A stretch of 64,000 nucleotides of DNA, from contig OZ245046.1 in NCBI GenBank assembly GCA_965224245.1, positions 4,896,001 through 4,960,000 on the forward strand, written 5' to 3'. A program made the translations under genes and the position numbers. The notes below the pieces were generated by a model. That model had not been told where the DNA came from and made no database searches. It saw nothing but the letters and a program-made list of their open reading frames with translations. Below are positions 31,201 through 40,989 of this stretch, piece by piece. The stretch comes from Candidatus Eiseniibacteriota bacterium. Its GTDB lineage: Bacteria > Eisenbacteria > RBG-16-71-46 > CAZAMP01. How positions within the stretch are numbered: the stretch's first letter is position 1; every line of letters starts with the position of its first letter.

Positions 31201-33382
31201 GATCGATCGGCTCGGAGAAGCTCGCGCTGACCACCACGCCGGGCGAGACGTCCACCGCCTCGTCGGCCGGCGACGTGGCCGTGACGCGGGGAGGCTCGAC
31301 GTCGCTCGTCGTGAACGACCACGTGAACTCGGCGGCGAGCGGGTTGCCGGCGAGGTCGGTGATGCCGGTGGTGAGCCGAGCGGTGTACGTGGTCGCGCTG
31401 GCCAGGTCGTCCGTGGGGTCGAAGGCGATGGCGCGGCCCGCGGCGTTGACGCCACCGGTCACCGCGCCGCCGGGGCCGGTGACGCGGAACGTCGACTCGG
31501 TCGCCGTCGCGGGATCGATGTCCTCGGAGAGCTCCGCGCTCACGATCACGTCCAGCGGCACGCCGGTGGCGCCGCTCGCCGGGAGCGTGGTCACGACCGC
31601 GGGGCCCTCGACGTCGACCGTCGTGAACGACCAGGTGACGTCGGCGGCGAGCGGGTTGCCGGCGAGGTCGGTGATGCCGGTGGTGAGCCGCGCGGTGTAT
31701 GTCGCGTCGCTGGCCAGGGGTCCGAACGCCTGGAACGTCACGGCGCTGCCGCTGGCGTCGACGCTGCCGGCAACGGCACCGCCGGGGCCGATCAGCGTGA
31801 ACGTGGACGTGGTCACCGACGCGGGGTCGACGTCCTCGCTGAACGCGGCCCCCACGACGACGTCGAGCGGCACGTCGATCGCGCCGTCGAGCGGCTGCGT
31901 CGCGGTGACCGAGGGGGGCACGACGTCGGCGGTGGTGAAGCTCCACTCGACGTCCGACGCGAGCGGGTTGCCCGCGAGGTCGGCGATGCCGGTGGTGAGC
32001 CGCGCGGTGTACGTCGTCGAGCTGGCGAGCGTCGCGGTGGGCGCGAACGACGCGCTGCTGCCGCCGGCTCCCACCATGCCCGTCACGGATCCCGCGGGAC
32101 CCTGCAGCGTGAACGTGGTCGCGTCGACCGTGCCGGGGTCGATCACCTCGGAGAACGCCACGCCGATGGCAATGTCGGGGGGGACGTCGGTCGCGCCGTC
32201 GGCGGGGGTCGTCCGCGTGACGGTGGGCGGATCGACGTCGCTGAGCGCGGTCGTGACCGACCAGGTGACGTCGGCGCCGAGCGGGTTGCCGGCAAGGTCG
32301 GTGATGCCGGTCGTGACGCGCGCGGTGTACGCCGTCTCTCCGTCGAGAAGGGCGCCGGGCGTGAACGTCGCGGCGGCCCCCGCCGCGTCGATCGTCCCGG
32401 CGACCGCGCCGCCGGGTCCGGTGAGCGTGAACGTCGACGGAGTGACGCTGAGCGGATCGACGTCCTCGGAGAACGTGGCCACGAACACGGCGCCCGGCGA
32501 GACGTCCACGGCGCCGTCCTCCGGCGACGTGTCGACGACCACCGGGGGGTCGACGTCGACGATCGGCGCGGTCGTGAACGACCAGACGACGGGCTGCGCG
32601 AGGGCGAACCCGGTGAGGCTCCGGACCGACGTCGTCAGCCGCGCGGTGTAGGTGGACTCGCCCGCCAGCGGCACCGACGGCGTGAACGTGGCGACGTCCC
32701 CGCCGGCGCCGGTTCCTCCGGACACCGCGCCCGCGGGGCCGGTGAGCGTGAACGACGCACCGGTCACCGACGTCGGATCGACCGCCGCGCTGAACGTCGC
32801 CCGGACGACCGCGTCCCACGCGACGCCGGTGTCGCCGGCGTCCGGATCGGTGGCGAGCACGTCGAACGCCGGGCGCGCCGCGACCTCGATCACCGAGGAG
32901 TCGAAGCGGCTGGGGTCGGCGTTGGACGTGGCGGTCGCGACGGTGGCCCCGACGCTCACACCGGTGACGTTGCCGCTGACGTCGACCCGGGCCACGCTCG
33001 GGTTCCCGGTCGACCACGTGAGGGCCCGATCGACGCCGGGCGATGCATCCACGACCGCGGCCAGGGGCGCGACCTGACCGACGACGATCCGGAGCGTGTC
33101 CGGCGACACCCGGACGCCGCGCACGCCCTCGTCACGCGGGCTCGTCGTGATGTCGTCCGAGCAGCTGGACCCGATCACGACGGCGATCACGGAGCCGACC
33201 GCGATCGCGACCAGCGGTAGTCGCGCGAGGGGGTGGCGCGCACCGGCCGATGCCGGGCGGGGCGACGGATGCCGGGACGATGCGTCACGGGACGATGGGC
33301 GACGGGGCGATGCGTGACCGGGCCGGTGGTGGCGCTGGCGGGTGCGCCGGGTGTGTCCACGGCGAGAGAGCGTCCACTGCAC
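28241..33382 (-). CDS. large surface lipoprotein: Big_2 + 12 SbsA/Big_5 Ig-like repeats + C-type lectin-like + ricin-like domain
   Basis: Lipoprotein-like signal '...VIGSSC'; 12 repeats of 'PPxVxxTxPADGAxDV...ATFSExxDP...YTARLTTGITDLAGNPL...WSFTT'; 'NGHYYELV..TWPAARADA...WIGGYQ...WRWVTGE'; start chosen at a GTG after GAGGT (uncertain). Confidence 0.85.
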   Translation of the reverse strand: MQWTLSRRGHTRRTRQRHHRPGHASPRRPSSRDASSRHPSPRPASAGARHPLARLPLVAIAVGSVIAVVIGSSCSDDITTSPRDEGVRGVRVSPDTLRIVVGQVAPLAAVVDASPGVDRALTWSTGNPSVARVDVSGNVTGVSVGATVATATSNADPSRFDSSVIEVAARPAFDVLATDPDAGDTGVAWDAVVRATFSAAVDPTSVTGASFTLTGPAGAVSGGTGAGGDVATFTPSVPLAGESTYTARLTTSVRSLTGFALAQPVVWSFTTAPIVDVDPPVVVDTSPEDGAVDVSPGAVFVATFSEDVDPLSVTPSTFTLTGPGGAVAGTIDAAGAAATFTPGALLDGETAYTARVTTGITDLAGNPLGADVTWSVTTALSDVDPPTVTRTTPADGATDVPPDIAIGVAFSEVIDPGTVDATTFTLQGPAGSVTGMVGAGGSSASFAPTATLASSTTYTARLTTGIADLAGNPLASDVEWSFTTADVVPPSVTATQPLDGAIDVPLDVVVGAAFSEDVDPASVTTSTFTLIGPGGAVAGSVDASGSAVTFQAFGPLASDATYTARLTTGITDLAGNPLAADVTWSFTTVDVEGPAVVTTLPASGATGVPLDVIVSAELSEDIDPATATESTFRVTGPGGAVTGGVNAAGRAIAFDPTDDLASATTYTARLTTGITDLAGNPLAAEFTWSFTTSDVEPPRVTATSPADEAVDVSPGVVVSASFSEPIDPASATAETFTLSGPGGDVAGVVEASGSSAQLTPSAPLTGSTAYTARITTGIRDLAGNPLEAGVEWSFTTAFVDTEPPVVTSTEPADEAVDVAPDVVVRASFSEEIDASTVTPASFTLTGPGGAVGGAAAAAGNTATFTPSADLAGETAYTARITRAVTDVVGNPLAEEVVWSFTIADVTPPSVTGISPADGAVDQAPGVSITATFSEDVDPASVTPSTFSLEGPTGTVAGSVSASGNMATFDPTAALASATTYTVRLETGIEDLAGNPLAAVFTSTFTVADVEAPGVLERFPVDGAVDVPLDVVVSATFSEEIDPATVDGRSVMLTGPRGSVAGDVAVSTFGDAVTFTPLAPLDGDIPYTATLTTAITDLAGNPLQTDVIWSFTTVPVDTESPTVLTIDPADGAVDVPLDAVITVTYSEDVGSVTAGTFRVRATGGPPPVDGTRSTVGSTTTFTPTGDLDGFTAYTVELTTGIQDLAGNPLVAFDAGFTTLDPDPPRVIETSPADGATDVDESASVVATFSEDVNPGSVTPTSFRVRRDGVDVDGSLNVSGPTATFVPSAPLESASVHEASLTTDITDLDGSPIAAGAVWTFETNRGPLAIDFDPPNGAVDVPVSATVSVTFDEPIDPATVTSSSFFVTGPDGAVAGTVDAVGASATFTPAAPLGGGRSYTAMVTGSVTDLAGNPLIAGVNWTFTTEVLFGNVVLNGANGHYYELVEQLDITWPAARADAAARTHLGLRGYLACIADADENAFVDALVPFATKPVWIGGYQVDGDVDSAEPDGGWRWVTGEPFAFTAWAFGRPNDVVGDSDFLELRTSGWNDTQLDTDDMNGYVIEYGPREDLDAGDVYRITNATLVSGERLTVSAIEPPLLFMGTDDSDASRWRLGPVGTTGFLRLSPVVLGVDRVIDGGDGGAPATIVDVADDADQYWTLTAVELGGDYLYRLRTSGGGVGRSLDYVDDGDRYPPILAVTGAVPRQLWRLVALP

Positions 33383-33646
33383 GGGTGTCCACCTCGGTGT
33401 CTCGGCCACCGCCCCGAGACGGAGGCAGACGTCCGGGGGTTCCGACGAGGGCGGTGTGGCGGCGGCCGTGGCTGTCTCGCGAGCGTCTACGGCTCGCCCA
33501 TCGGACCGTTCGGCGCGAGAGATGGTCACATTATACGTGTGGGATGCCAAGTCCCGGGCGCGCCGGGGGCGCTGGCGGGTGAATCGCCGGGAAGTGGTTG
33601 CAAGAGACCGGCGGAGAGACGGCACGGGCCGGATCGACGGCGCGTC

Positions 33647-33925
33647 CGGGACGCCGGCGGGGGCCCGGGATGCGGTGGGGCCCCGGGACGCCGGCGGGGC
33701 CCGGGATGCGGTGGGGCCCCGGGACGCCGGCGGGGCCCGGGACGCCGGCGGGGCCCGGGACGTCGGCGGGGCCCGCGACGTCGGCGGGGCCCGGGACGTC
33801 GGCGGGGCCCGCGACGTCGGCGAGGCCCGCGACGTCGGCAGGGCGCGCGACGTCGGCAGGGCCGAGGCGTCGGCAGGGCCGAGGCGTCGGCAGGGCCGAG
33901 GCGTCGGCAGGGCCGAGGCGTCAGC
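33647..33925. repeat. GC-rich degenerate tandem repeat array (about 18-bp and 17-bp units)
   Basis: Units GGGGCCCG(G/C)GACG(C/T)CGGC grading into GGGCCGAGGCGTCGGCA. Confidence 0.85.
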
Positions 33926-34013
33926 GGGGATAGGGACGTCTGCGGGCCCGGGAGCTCGACCCGCCGTGGCACCCCGCTGGGGCCTCAAGTCGCTGCAATA
34001 GTACACTTTACAC

Positions 34014-34042
34014 TTGATTCCGGACTCGGTTTGGGTTACGCT
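34014..34042 (+). promoter_or_regulatory. sigma70-like promoter upstream of the HNH gene
   Basis: TTGATT-N17-TACGCT within a locally AT-rich patch. Confidence 0.4.
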
Positions 34043-34177
34043 CCCAGCATCGATCAGCCCCCGATCGACGTCTCCGATCGCTCCCCGGGTCCACGCCACC
34101 CCCCGGACCAGGCTCTTCCGTGACCGCGCGTTCGTCTCGCCGCCGTCGCGTGACGCGGGTCAGTCGAGGGATCACCC

Positions 34178-35506
34178 ATGACCGTTTCGATCAGCCGGGA
34201 ACACTCCCGCCGGGTCTGCCGGCGGCTGGAGCGGATGCAGCGCCTCGAGGGCCGGGCGAGCGCGGCGGTCGCGCTCTCGTTCGCCGAGGTGTTCGGCGAG
34301 CATCACTACCGGGCGCTCGGGTTCACGTCGATGCTCGCGTATGCGACGGAGCGTCTGGAGATGTCGGCGTCTCGTTTTCATCAGCTGCGTGGCGTGGCGG
34401 GGCACCTGCGGGAGTTTCCGGCGCTCCGCGAGGCGATGGCGTCGGGCCGCGTGACGTGGACGAAGGCACGCGCGATCGCACCGATCCTGACCGCGGAATC
34501 GGCGACGACGTGGATCGATCTCGCGGCGACGCTTCCGCGGCGTGAGCTGGAGCGCCGGATCGCCGACGCCCGGGGCGCCGCGCGGGCGTCGTCGGCGCGC
34601 CGGGCCGCCGGCGCCGCACAGGAGGCGATCCCGGTCCCGAGGACCCGGCCGGGAGACGAGACCGACCCGGCTAGCGGCGCCGGCAGGCGTGCGACGCCCG
34701 GAGACACCACGCCCGGAGACGCGACGCCCGGAGACGCGACGGAACGCGTGACGACTCCGCGTGCAGCCGCCGCGGATACCTCGCACGGGGGCGCTCCGGC
34801 CGGGCCCGTCGCGAGCACGGGGTCGGGTGCCAGCCCCCAGAACATCGACGTTCGCGTCGAGCTTCGCCTTCGCCTCGATCCGATCGCACACGCACACGCC
34901 GAGGCCGCGTGGGAGCACGCGCGCAAGCAGGGGTTCCGGGGCTCGAAATCCGACTTCGTCGTCGCCGCGATGTCGGCATTCGCGACGACGCTCACGTCCT
35001 CGCGTCGCGCACCCTCGGACACGGCGACCGCACCGTCGTCCGAGTCGCCGGGGTCGATCGGGTCGTCCCGGTCGGCGCGGTCGGTCGCGTCGGCAAGGAG
35101 AGCGTCGTCCTCGCTCCCCGGCGCACGATCGCAGTACCAGATCGTCGTCACCGACTGTCCGAGCTGTCGTCGAGCGCGGGTCGGAGACCGTCCGGTGTCC
35201 GATGCGGCACGGCGGGCGTTGCTCGCCGACGCGGACATCATCGACTCGCGCGGACACCGGCGCGCGACGATCCCGACGGGACTCCGGCGGCGCGTCCTGA
35301 TGCGCGATGATCACCGTTGCACGATACCCGGGTGCACGACCCGACATCACCTCGCCGTCCACCACCGGATCCCCGTCGAGCTCGGGGGGCGCAACACGCT
35401 CGAGAACCTGACGACGCTGTGCTGGAGCTGTCACTGGGCGCTGCACGCGATGCCGCTCGAGGTGGCACGGACGGTGCTCTGCCGGCCGCCACGTCACGAG
35501 ACGTGA
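34178..35506 (+). CDS. HNH endonuclease with DUF222-like N-terminal region
   Basis: 'ALREAMASGRVTWTKARAIA' N-domain; 'RRRVLMRDDHRCTIPGC...LAVHHRIPVELGGRNTLENLTTLCWSCH' HNH motif. Confidence 0.88.
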   Translation: MTVSISREHSRRVCRRLERMQRLEGRASAAVALSFAEVFGEHHYRALGFTSMLAYATERLEMSASRFHQLRGVAGHLREFPALREAMASGRVTWTKARAIAPILTAESATTWIDLAATLPRRELERRIADARGAARASSARRAAGAAQEAIPVPRTRPGDETDPASGAGRRATPGDTTPGDATPGDATERVTTPRAAAADTSHGGAPAGPVASTGSGASPQNIDVRVELRLRLDPIAHAHAEAAWEHARKQGFRGSKSDFVVAAMSAFATTLTSSRRAPSDTATAPSSESPGSIGSSRSARSVASARRASSSLPGARSQYQIVVTDCPSCRRARVGDRPVSDAARRALLADADIIDSRGHRRATIPTGLRRRVLMRDDHRCTIPGCTTRHHLAVHHRIPVELGGRNTLENLTTLCWSCHWALHAMPLEVARTVLCRPPRHET

Positions 35507-35618
35507 TCGGTGTGCTGCGGTCACGCCGGCTCCACGGCGCGGCGCGGCGCGATGTGGCGCGCGGCCCGATGCGACGCCGAGGACGCGGCGGACGCGGCCG
35601 GGCGCGGCGCGATGTGGC

Positions 35619-35813
35619 GTGGCGCGGTGCGACGCCGTGGGCGTGGCACGGTGCGATGTGGCGCGGTGCGACGCCGTGGGCGTGGCACGGTGCGATGTGG
35701 CGCGGTGCGACGCCGTGGGCGTGGCACGGTGCGATGTGGCGCGGTGCGACGCCGTGGGCGTGGCACGGTGCGATGTGGCGCGGTGTGACGCCGTGGGCGT
35801 GGCGCGGTGCGAT
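35619..35813. repeat. 5 x 39-bp tandem repeat
   Basis: GTGGCGCGGTGCGACGCCGTGGGCGTGGCACGGTGCGAT x4 exact plus one copy with 2 substitutions; no spacers. Confidence 0.92.
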
Positions 35814-36054
35814 GTGTGGTGGCCCGGCCTGGCGTGAGGCGGTGCGGAGTGGCGGGGCGTGCGACCCCGTCCCGCGAAGTCGGATACGCTCGCTCTGCGC
35901 TGGGCGCTTCGGACGATCGGGTGTGGTGGGAACGGGCAAGACCGTCAGGCGCGTGGGTGCGCGACGCGTGCCGATGTGGGACCGGGTCGTCGGGAGCGGG
36001 GAGCGCGGGAAGTCGGCCCAGGGCCCGCGTGGCGAGCCCCGGGCGCGCGGTGGA

Positions 36055-37176
36055 TCAGTCCCGGAGGTAGTGGCAAGTGTACCCGTTCGGGTTCTTCACG
36101 AGGTAGTCCTGGTGGAAGGCCTCGGCGTCGTACCATTTCGAGGCGGCGACGATCTCGGTGACGATCGGGTCGCGCCACTTGCCCGACCCGTCCACCTGGG
36201 CCTTCACGCGCTCGGCCGCGTCCCGCTGGGCATCGCTGTGGTAGAAGATCGCCGAGCGGTACTGCGAGCCGCGGTCGTTCCCCTGCCGGTTCATCGTGGT
36301 CGGGTCGTGCATGCGGAAGAACCACCCGAGAAGCTCCTCGTACGACAGGACGTTCGGATCGAACACGATCCGCACCGACTCGGCGTGGCCGCTCGAGCCC
36401 CTCTTGACGTCCTCGTACGTCGCGTTCTCGACGTGTCCGCCGGTGTAGCCCACCTGCGTGTCGAGGACACCGGGGATCTCGCGAATGATCTGCTCCATGC
36501 CCCAGAAGCACCCGCCCGCCAGCGTGGCGACCTCGGTGTTCTCCGCCATCATGCCCACCTTTTCGTCCGCGCCCCGGGGCGCGTCACCGCCCTTTCCGAA
36601 CAGCGGGAGAAAGTCTCCGTAGCCGGCGCCGGCCAGATCGTCCACCGGGACGAACCGGAGCGATGCCGAGTTGATGCAGTACCGCAGCCCCGTCGGCTCG
36701 GGTCCGTCGGGGAACACGTGACCGAGGTGCGAGTCGGCCATCTTCGAACGCACCTCGACGCGCCGCATGCCCAGTCGCGTGTCGGTGCGCTCGACGACGA
36801 GGTCCGGGATCAGCGGCCGCGTGAAGCTCGGCCAGCCCGTGCCCGACTCGAACTTGTCCAGCGAGCTGAACAACGGCTCGCCCGAGACGACGTCGACGTA
36901 GATCCCGTCAGCGTGATTATCCCAGAACTCGTTCTGGAACGGGCGTTCGGTGCCGTCCTCCTGCGTGACCTCGTACTGCGTCGAGCTGAGCGCCGCGCGG
37001 AGCTCGGCGTCGGCGGGCTTCTGGAACGACTCCCACGGACCCGACGCGTCGATCGCCACCGGGTTGGGGTCGGTGCTCTCGGGCTTGGGCGCCCGCGTGC
37101 GGGCCATGCTCTGCCAGGTGAAGCCGAAGACGGCCGCCGTGATCACGGCTGCCGAGAGAAATGCTCCGAGTCTCAT
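36055..37176 (-). CDS. msrAB: exported bifunctional methionine sulfoxide reductase MsrB-MsrA
   Basis: GGAGGT RBS, signal peptide; MsrB 'GTERPF...GWPSF...[18 protein letters not shown]'; MsrA 'GGCFWG...[11 protein letters not shown]...[14 protein letters not shown]'. Confidence 0.95.
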   Translation of the reverse strand: MRLGAFLSAAVITAAVFGFTWQSMARTRAPKPESTDPNPVAIDASGPWESFQKPADAELRAALSSTQYEVTQEDGTERPFQNEFWDNHADGIYVDVVSGEPLFSSLDKFESGTGWPSFTRPLIPDLVVERTDTRLGMRRVEVRSKMADSHLGHVFPDGPEPTGLRYCINSASLRFVPVDDLAGAGYGDFLPLFGKGGDAPRGADEKVGMMAENTEVATLAGGCFWGMEQIIREIPGVLDTQVGYTGGHVENATYEDVKRGSSGHAESVRIVFDPNVLSYEELLGWFFRMHDPTTMNRQGNDRGSQYRSAIFYHSDAQRDAAERVKAQVDGSGKWRDPIVTEIVAASKWYDAEAFHQDYLVKNPNGYTCHYLRD

Positions 37177-37423
37177 TGGTGACCTCCAGGTCGGGTCCGG
37201 CGGGAGGCCGGAAACGGCTCGGGACGCCGGCGCCGAGGCGGCGGGTCGCGAGCCCTGAGAATACCGACACTGGGATGTTCGCTTCCATGGGTGGGGTCCC
37301 CGGACCGGGCGCTTTTGAGCGACTTTCCACCGGGGCGTGATCAATGCGTGAGAGATCCCCCGGGAGACGGCACGTTACGGCCGTCTCGAGGGGGCTGCCG
37401 GGGGTTCGGGCCGGATCACGCCG

Positions 37424-38056
37424 TCAGTCGCCGCGCGACCAGACCGTGCCGATCCCGAACACGAACGACCAGTTCTCGACGTCGCTGACGAACTCCCGCC
37501 GCACCTCGGCGTTCATCTCGATCGGCCCCTCGCGGTGTGCCACGCCGAACGCGGCCTCGGCGCCGATCTGGGTGCTTCCGAGCGCATCCTCGAGGCTCCG
37601 GTCCGACGGCACGTCGGCGCTCACCAGGTGGAGGGCCAGGCCGGTCTTCAGGTACGTGTGGAGGCCGTCCTCGCCCCAGTCGTCGGCCCGGAACCGGAAC
37701 AGCCTCGCGCGGACGTCGACGGCGATCCGGGTGTCGCTCAGATCTCCGAGGGCGGTGTCGCCGTACTTCGAGCGATCCAAGTCGGCCTTCCAGCGGCTGA
37801 CCTCCAGCGAGGTGCGCAGGAACGGCTTGACGATCGATCCCATGCCGGCGACCGCGCCCAGCACCAGCCCGCTCGAGGCGTGCTTCGGTGACGCGACCCC
37901 GACCACGAACCGGAGGCCCGTCGGGCGCAGGCGGGCCTGCTCGTCCGTATCCTCGAGCTGCGCGGACGCCGCGCCGGCAGCGGTCGCGAGCAGCAGCGCC
38001 GAGGCCAGGGCGCCGCGCCAGGACCACGCTCGCGAAAGCGAAGTCGGGAGGAACAT
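37424..38056 (-). CDS. outer-membrane beta-barrel protein
   Basis: GGAGGT RBS; signal peptide ending 'ASA'; amphipathic strands; terminal 'WSFVFGIGTVW'. Confidence 0.7.
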   Translation of the reverse strand: MFLPTSLSRAWSWRGALASALLLATAAGAASAQLEDTDEQARLRPTGLRFVVGVASPKHASSGLVLGAVAGMGSIVKPFLRTSLEVSRWKADLDRSKYGDTALGDLSDTRIAVDVRARLFRFRADDWGEDGLHTYLKTGLALHLVSADVPSDRSLEDALGSTQIGAEAAFGVAHREGPIEMNAEVRREFVSDVENWSFVFGIGTVWSRGD

Positions 38057-38369
38057 GTCGGACAACCTCCTGAAAAGGGGTTCGATCACGCGCAGGGGAT
38101 TGTAGGAGCCGGACGTCGCGATGGGAAGCGTCACGACGTGCGCGCCATCCCTCGGAGATCGACGCGAGCGGGACTGAGAAGTCACATGTCGGGATCGGCC
38201 GGCACGCCGGACCGGGGGTGTTGCGCGCCTGGGGGGGAGGGCGTGGCCACCGACGGGGGCTAAGTCCAATGTTCTCGGAAGTCGCCGTGCACCCGGGCGG
38301 GCGGTAGAGCCACACCCGGGTGCACCGTGCGGTGGCGGGGTTCGCCAACGGGATCGGGCGGGTCCGCGT

Positions 38370-39806
38370 CTATCGAATCCGGACCACGCGCGCGACCGAG
38401 GTCCCCGCGACGCCGGCGGACCCCGTCGCCGTCAGTCGAACGTGGTAAACACCGGACGACACGATCCGACCGGCATCGTCGGCGCCGCTCCACTCGATCC
38501 GGTGGACGCCGCCGGAGTGGTATCCGGAGGCCAGCGACGCGACGCGCCGACCGGAGACGTCGATCACGTCGACCTGCACCGATCCGGGCACCGCCAGATC
38601 GAACGTCAGCGCGAACGGTCCACGCGAGACGGTGGCCGACCCCGGGGCGAGGCGCAGCCGGGGCACCATGGGACGCCCCGCGAGGTCGGGTGTGGAGACC
38701 ACGTCGCGCGGGATCAGAACGAAGCCGCGGGGCGCACCGAAGCCGGGACCCATGTGACCGTCCCCCACGATCCACCCTAAGTTGTTGATTCCCAGTGCGC
38801 GGTCCAGCACGAAACCGCTCGACGGGTCGATGGCATCGTTCAGGTCCCGCATTCCGCGGACCGGATCCCAGGCGAACGCGCGCCAGTCTCCGGTCACACC
38901 GCTCATCGCGGAGCCCACGACGACCTCGGCGTCGTTGATGGCGGCGGGGTTCACCCTCAGCGAGGCGCCCCCGTCGAGTCCCGGAAGGAACGTGAAGCCG
39001 GCCGCCTCGGTCCAGGTGAACGCGTGGAAGGCCGAGCCGTTCCAGCCCGAGCCCAGCACCACGCCGTTCTCGTTGATCCCGGCCGCGCTGCTGGTCCCGG
39101 CACCGCTGGGGCTCAGGAGCTCGTGCAGCAGGACGGCGTCACCGGTCGGGACGTCGTAGACGAACGCCTCGCTGTCGCCGGCCGACCAGCGGATGTTGCC
39201 CACCGCGACGCCGGCGTCGTTCACGCGGAGCAGCTCCCGCGACGCGAGCACGTCGATCCCTCGCGTGCCGCTCTCGGCGTCCCAGACGATCGGCGTTCGG
39301 TTGACGCCGTCGGAGTCGCTCCCCGACCCCTTCACGTGCCCGACGACCAGTCCCGTGTCGTTGAGTCCGTGGACGTACACGGTCGTGAAGCCGCCGCCGA
39401 GGCCCCCGATGAAGGTGGTTTCCCCGGTGGTCAGGTCGTGGAGGGCGGCGTCGCCGGCCACCTGGTCGAGGTCGTTGATGTCCTCGATCCAGATCAGGGG
39501 CGTCGCCGACTTGCCCTCGGCCTCGGTCCACTGGAAGCCCGCGTAGAAGCTCCCGGAGGTCGAGGTACCGCACGCGCGGTTCGAGTCGTTGATGTCCCAG
39601 AGGTAGCACTCGGGGATCGAGCCGTCGAAGGCCTCGACGACGATCAGGTCGTATTCGACGTCGGCGTGGGCCGCAGGGACGATCGGCCCCGGGCCCGACG
39701 ACCACGCGATGGCGGTGGTGACGGCGACGGCCCGGATCAGCGTGGGGACGGCCGCGCCCGCGCGCGGTCGGTGTCCGTGGCCCCGCCGGCGGTCGGACTG
39801 GAGCAT
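38370..39806 (-). CDS. exported HAF-repeat-like protein with FlgD-like tail
   Basis: Repeats 'GINENGVVLG', 'AINDAEVVVG', 'GINNLGWIVG', 'HAFTW'; tail 'DVSGRRVASL...WSGADDAG...SSGVYHVRL'. Confidence 0.8.
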   Translation of the reverse strand: MLQSDRRRGHGHRPRAGAAVPTLIRAVAVTTAIAWSSGPGPIVPAAHADVEYDLIVVEAFDGSIPECYLWDINDSNRACGTSTSGSFYAGFQWTEAEGKSATPLIWIEDINDLDQVAGDAALHDLTTGETTFIGGLGGGFTTVYVHGLNDTGLVVGHVKGSGSDSDGVNRTPIVWDAESGTRGIDVLASRELLRVNDAGVAVGNIRWSAGDSEAFVYDVPTGDAVLLHELLSPSGAGTSSAAGINENGVVLGSGWNGSAFHAFTWTEAAGFTFLPGLDGGASLRVNPAAINDAEVVVGSAMSGVTGDWRAFAWDPVRGMRDLNDAIDPSSGFVLDRALGINNLGWIVGDGHMGPGFGAPRGFVLIPRDVVSTPDLAGRPMVPRLRLAPGSATVSRGPFALTFDLAVPGSVQVDVIDVSGRRVASLASGYHSGGVHRIEWSGADDAGRIVSSGVYHVRLTATGSAGVAGTSVARVVRIR

Positions 39807-40127
39807 CAGGCGTTCTCCTTGGAAGGGGGTCGGGGTCCGAGGGTCGGGGGAGCCCGCGACACGGATGACGACGAGTGGGGGTTCGCCCCCAGCTGATACG
39901 TCGGGCCGTCATGTATGCCGGATGCCGGCGATCGCGCCGTCCACGACGCCCGGGGCGCGATCCGCGACCTGGGAGCCGGCCGAACCCCTGTGCGAGGCCG
40001 CGCCTTGCCGCCGTCGGAGCGCAACGATACGATATCGCACTCTGGATTCCCGACACCCCGGCGACGAGCCCCGGCGCGGCCCGCTTGCGGAGCGCTCCAG
40101 CCCTCGCGACCGAGAGGAAGAGGCATC

Positions 40128-40982
40128 GTGCCGCACGCGCCCAACGTCGACGTTCGAGTCGGACAGAGCCTGCTCTCGCGCGTGCTGCCGCCGAGGACCT
40201 GGCCGCTGGCCGTGTTCACGTTCGTGGCGCCCCTGTGCGTGGGGCTCGTGATCCACGCCCTGATCCAGCTCGACCGCCTGATGATGGCGGCGGCCGTGGG
40301 CGTCGGGGTCCTCGCCCTGGCCGTCGGCAGCCTGCCCGCGACGTTGACCGACGCGGTGCGCCGCGAGCGCGCGTCCGACGCCGCCCCGGAGGACGCGCCC
40401 GCCGGCGTCCCCGCGAGCACCGGCGACGGCCACTACCTCTGGCCCGGCTCCGCGGGCGATCGCCGCTGGTTCATCGCGTTCCTCGCCCTGGGCATGGTGT
40501 CGGTGCTGGTGTGGCCGGTGCTGGTGATCCGGCTCGCGACCGGGGTGCCGGCGGTGTTCGTGGGGGGGCTCTACCTCGTCACGCTCGGGGCGGGCACGGT
40601 CGGACGGGCGTCGGCGGGGCCGCGACCCTCCCGGCTCATCCCGTGGTGCTATGTGGTCGGGCCGGCCAGCGCGGTGGCGCTCGCGGCACTGGCCATGCGT
40701 CCGACCCACCTCGGGCCGTGGCGCGACGTCGTCTACATGACGATGGGCCGCGGCGCGGCCGTGGCCGCCATCCTGTACTGGCTCCTGTTCGAGCGTGCGA
40801 TCCGGCAGCGGTACCGCGGAACCGGACCGGCGCCCGATGCACTCCTGCCGTCACGCGTGCTGGCGTTTCTCCTGGCGGCGACCGGGTTTCTCGTACCCGG
40901 GGGCGGCACGCCGTACGCGATCTCGTGGGCGGCGGCCTGGCTGATGGTGGCCTACCACGAGCGCCGGCTCGCGATGCGCTAG
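40128..40982 (+). CDS. integral membrane protein, unknown function
   Basis: GTG start after GAGG; multiple hydrophobic TM segments. Confidence 0.65.
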   Translation: MPHAPNVDVRVGQSLLSRVLPPRTWPLAVFTFVAPLCVGLVIHALIQLDRLMMAAAVGVGVLALAVGSLPATLTDAVRRERASDAAPEDAPAGVPASTGDGHYLWPGSAGDRRWFIAFLALGMVSVLVWPVLVIRLATGVPAVFVGGLYLVTLGAGTVGRASAGPRPSRLIPWCYVVGPASAVALAALAMRPTHLGPWRDVVYMTMGRGAAVAAILYWLLFERAIRQRYRGTGPAPDALLPSRVLAFLLAATGFLVPGGGTPYAISWAAAWLMVAYHERRLAMR

Positions 40983-40989
40983 TCCGGCG

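Noticed and set aside
33383-34099. N-terminal extension of the 1952-aa ORF
   Set aside because: Runs through the stop-free GC tandem repeat; the signal peptide lies far downstream
35619-35813. 39-bp repeats as a CRISPR array
   Set aside because: Units are head-to-tail with no unique spacers, and there are no cas genes in the window
35317-37182. 621-aa plus-strand ORF with 'WRGATPWAWHGAM' repeats
   Set aside because: Translation of the 39-bp repeat joined to the antisense of msrAB
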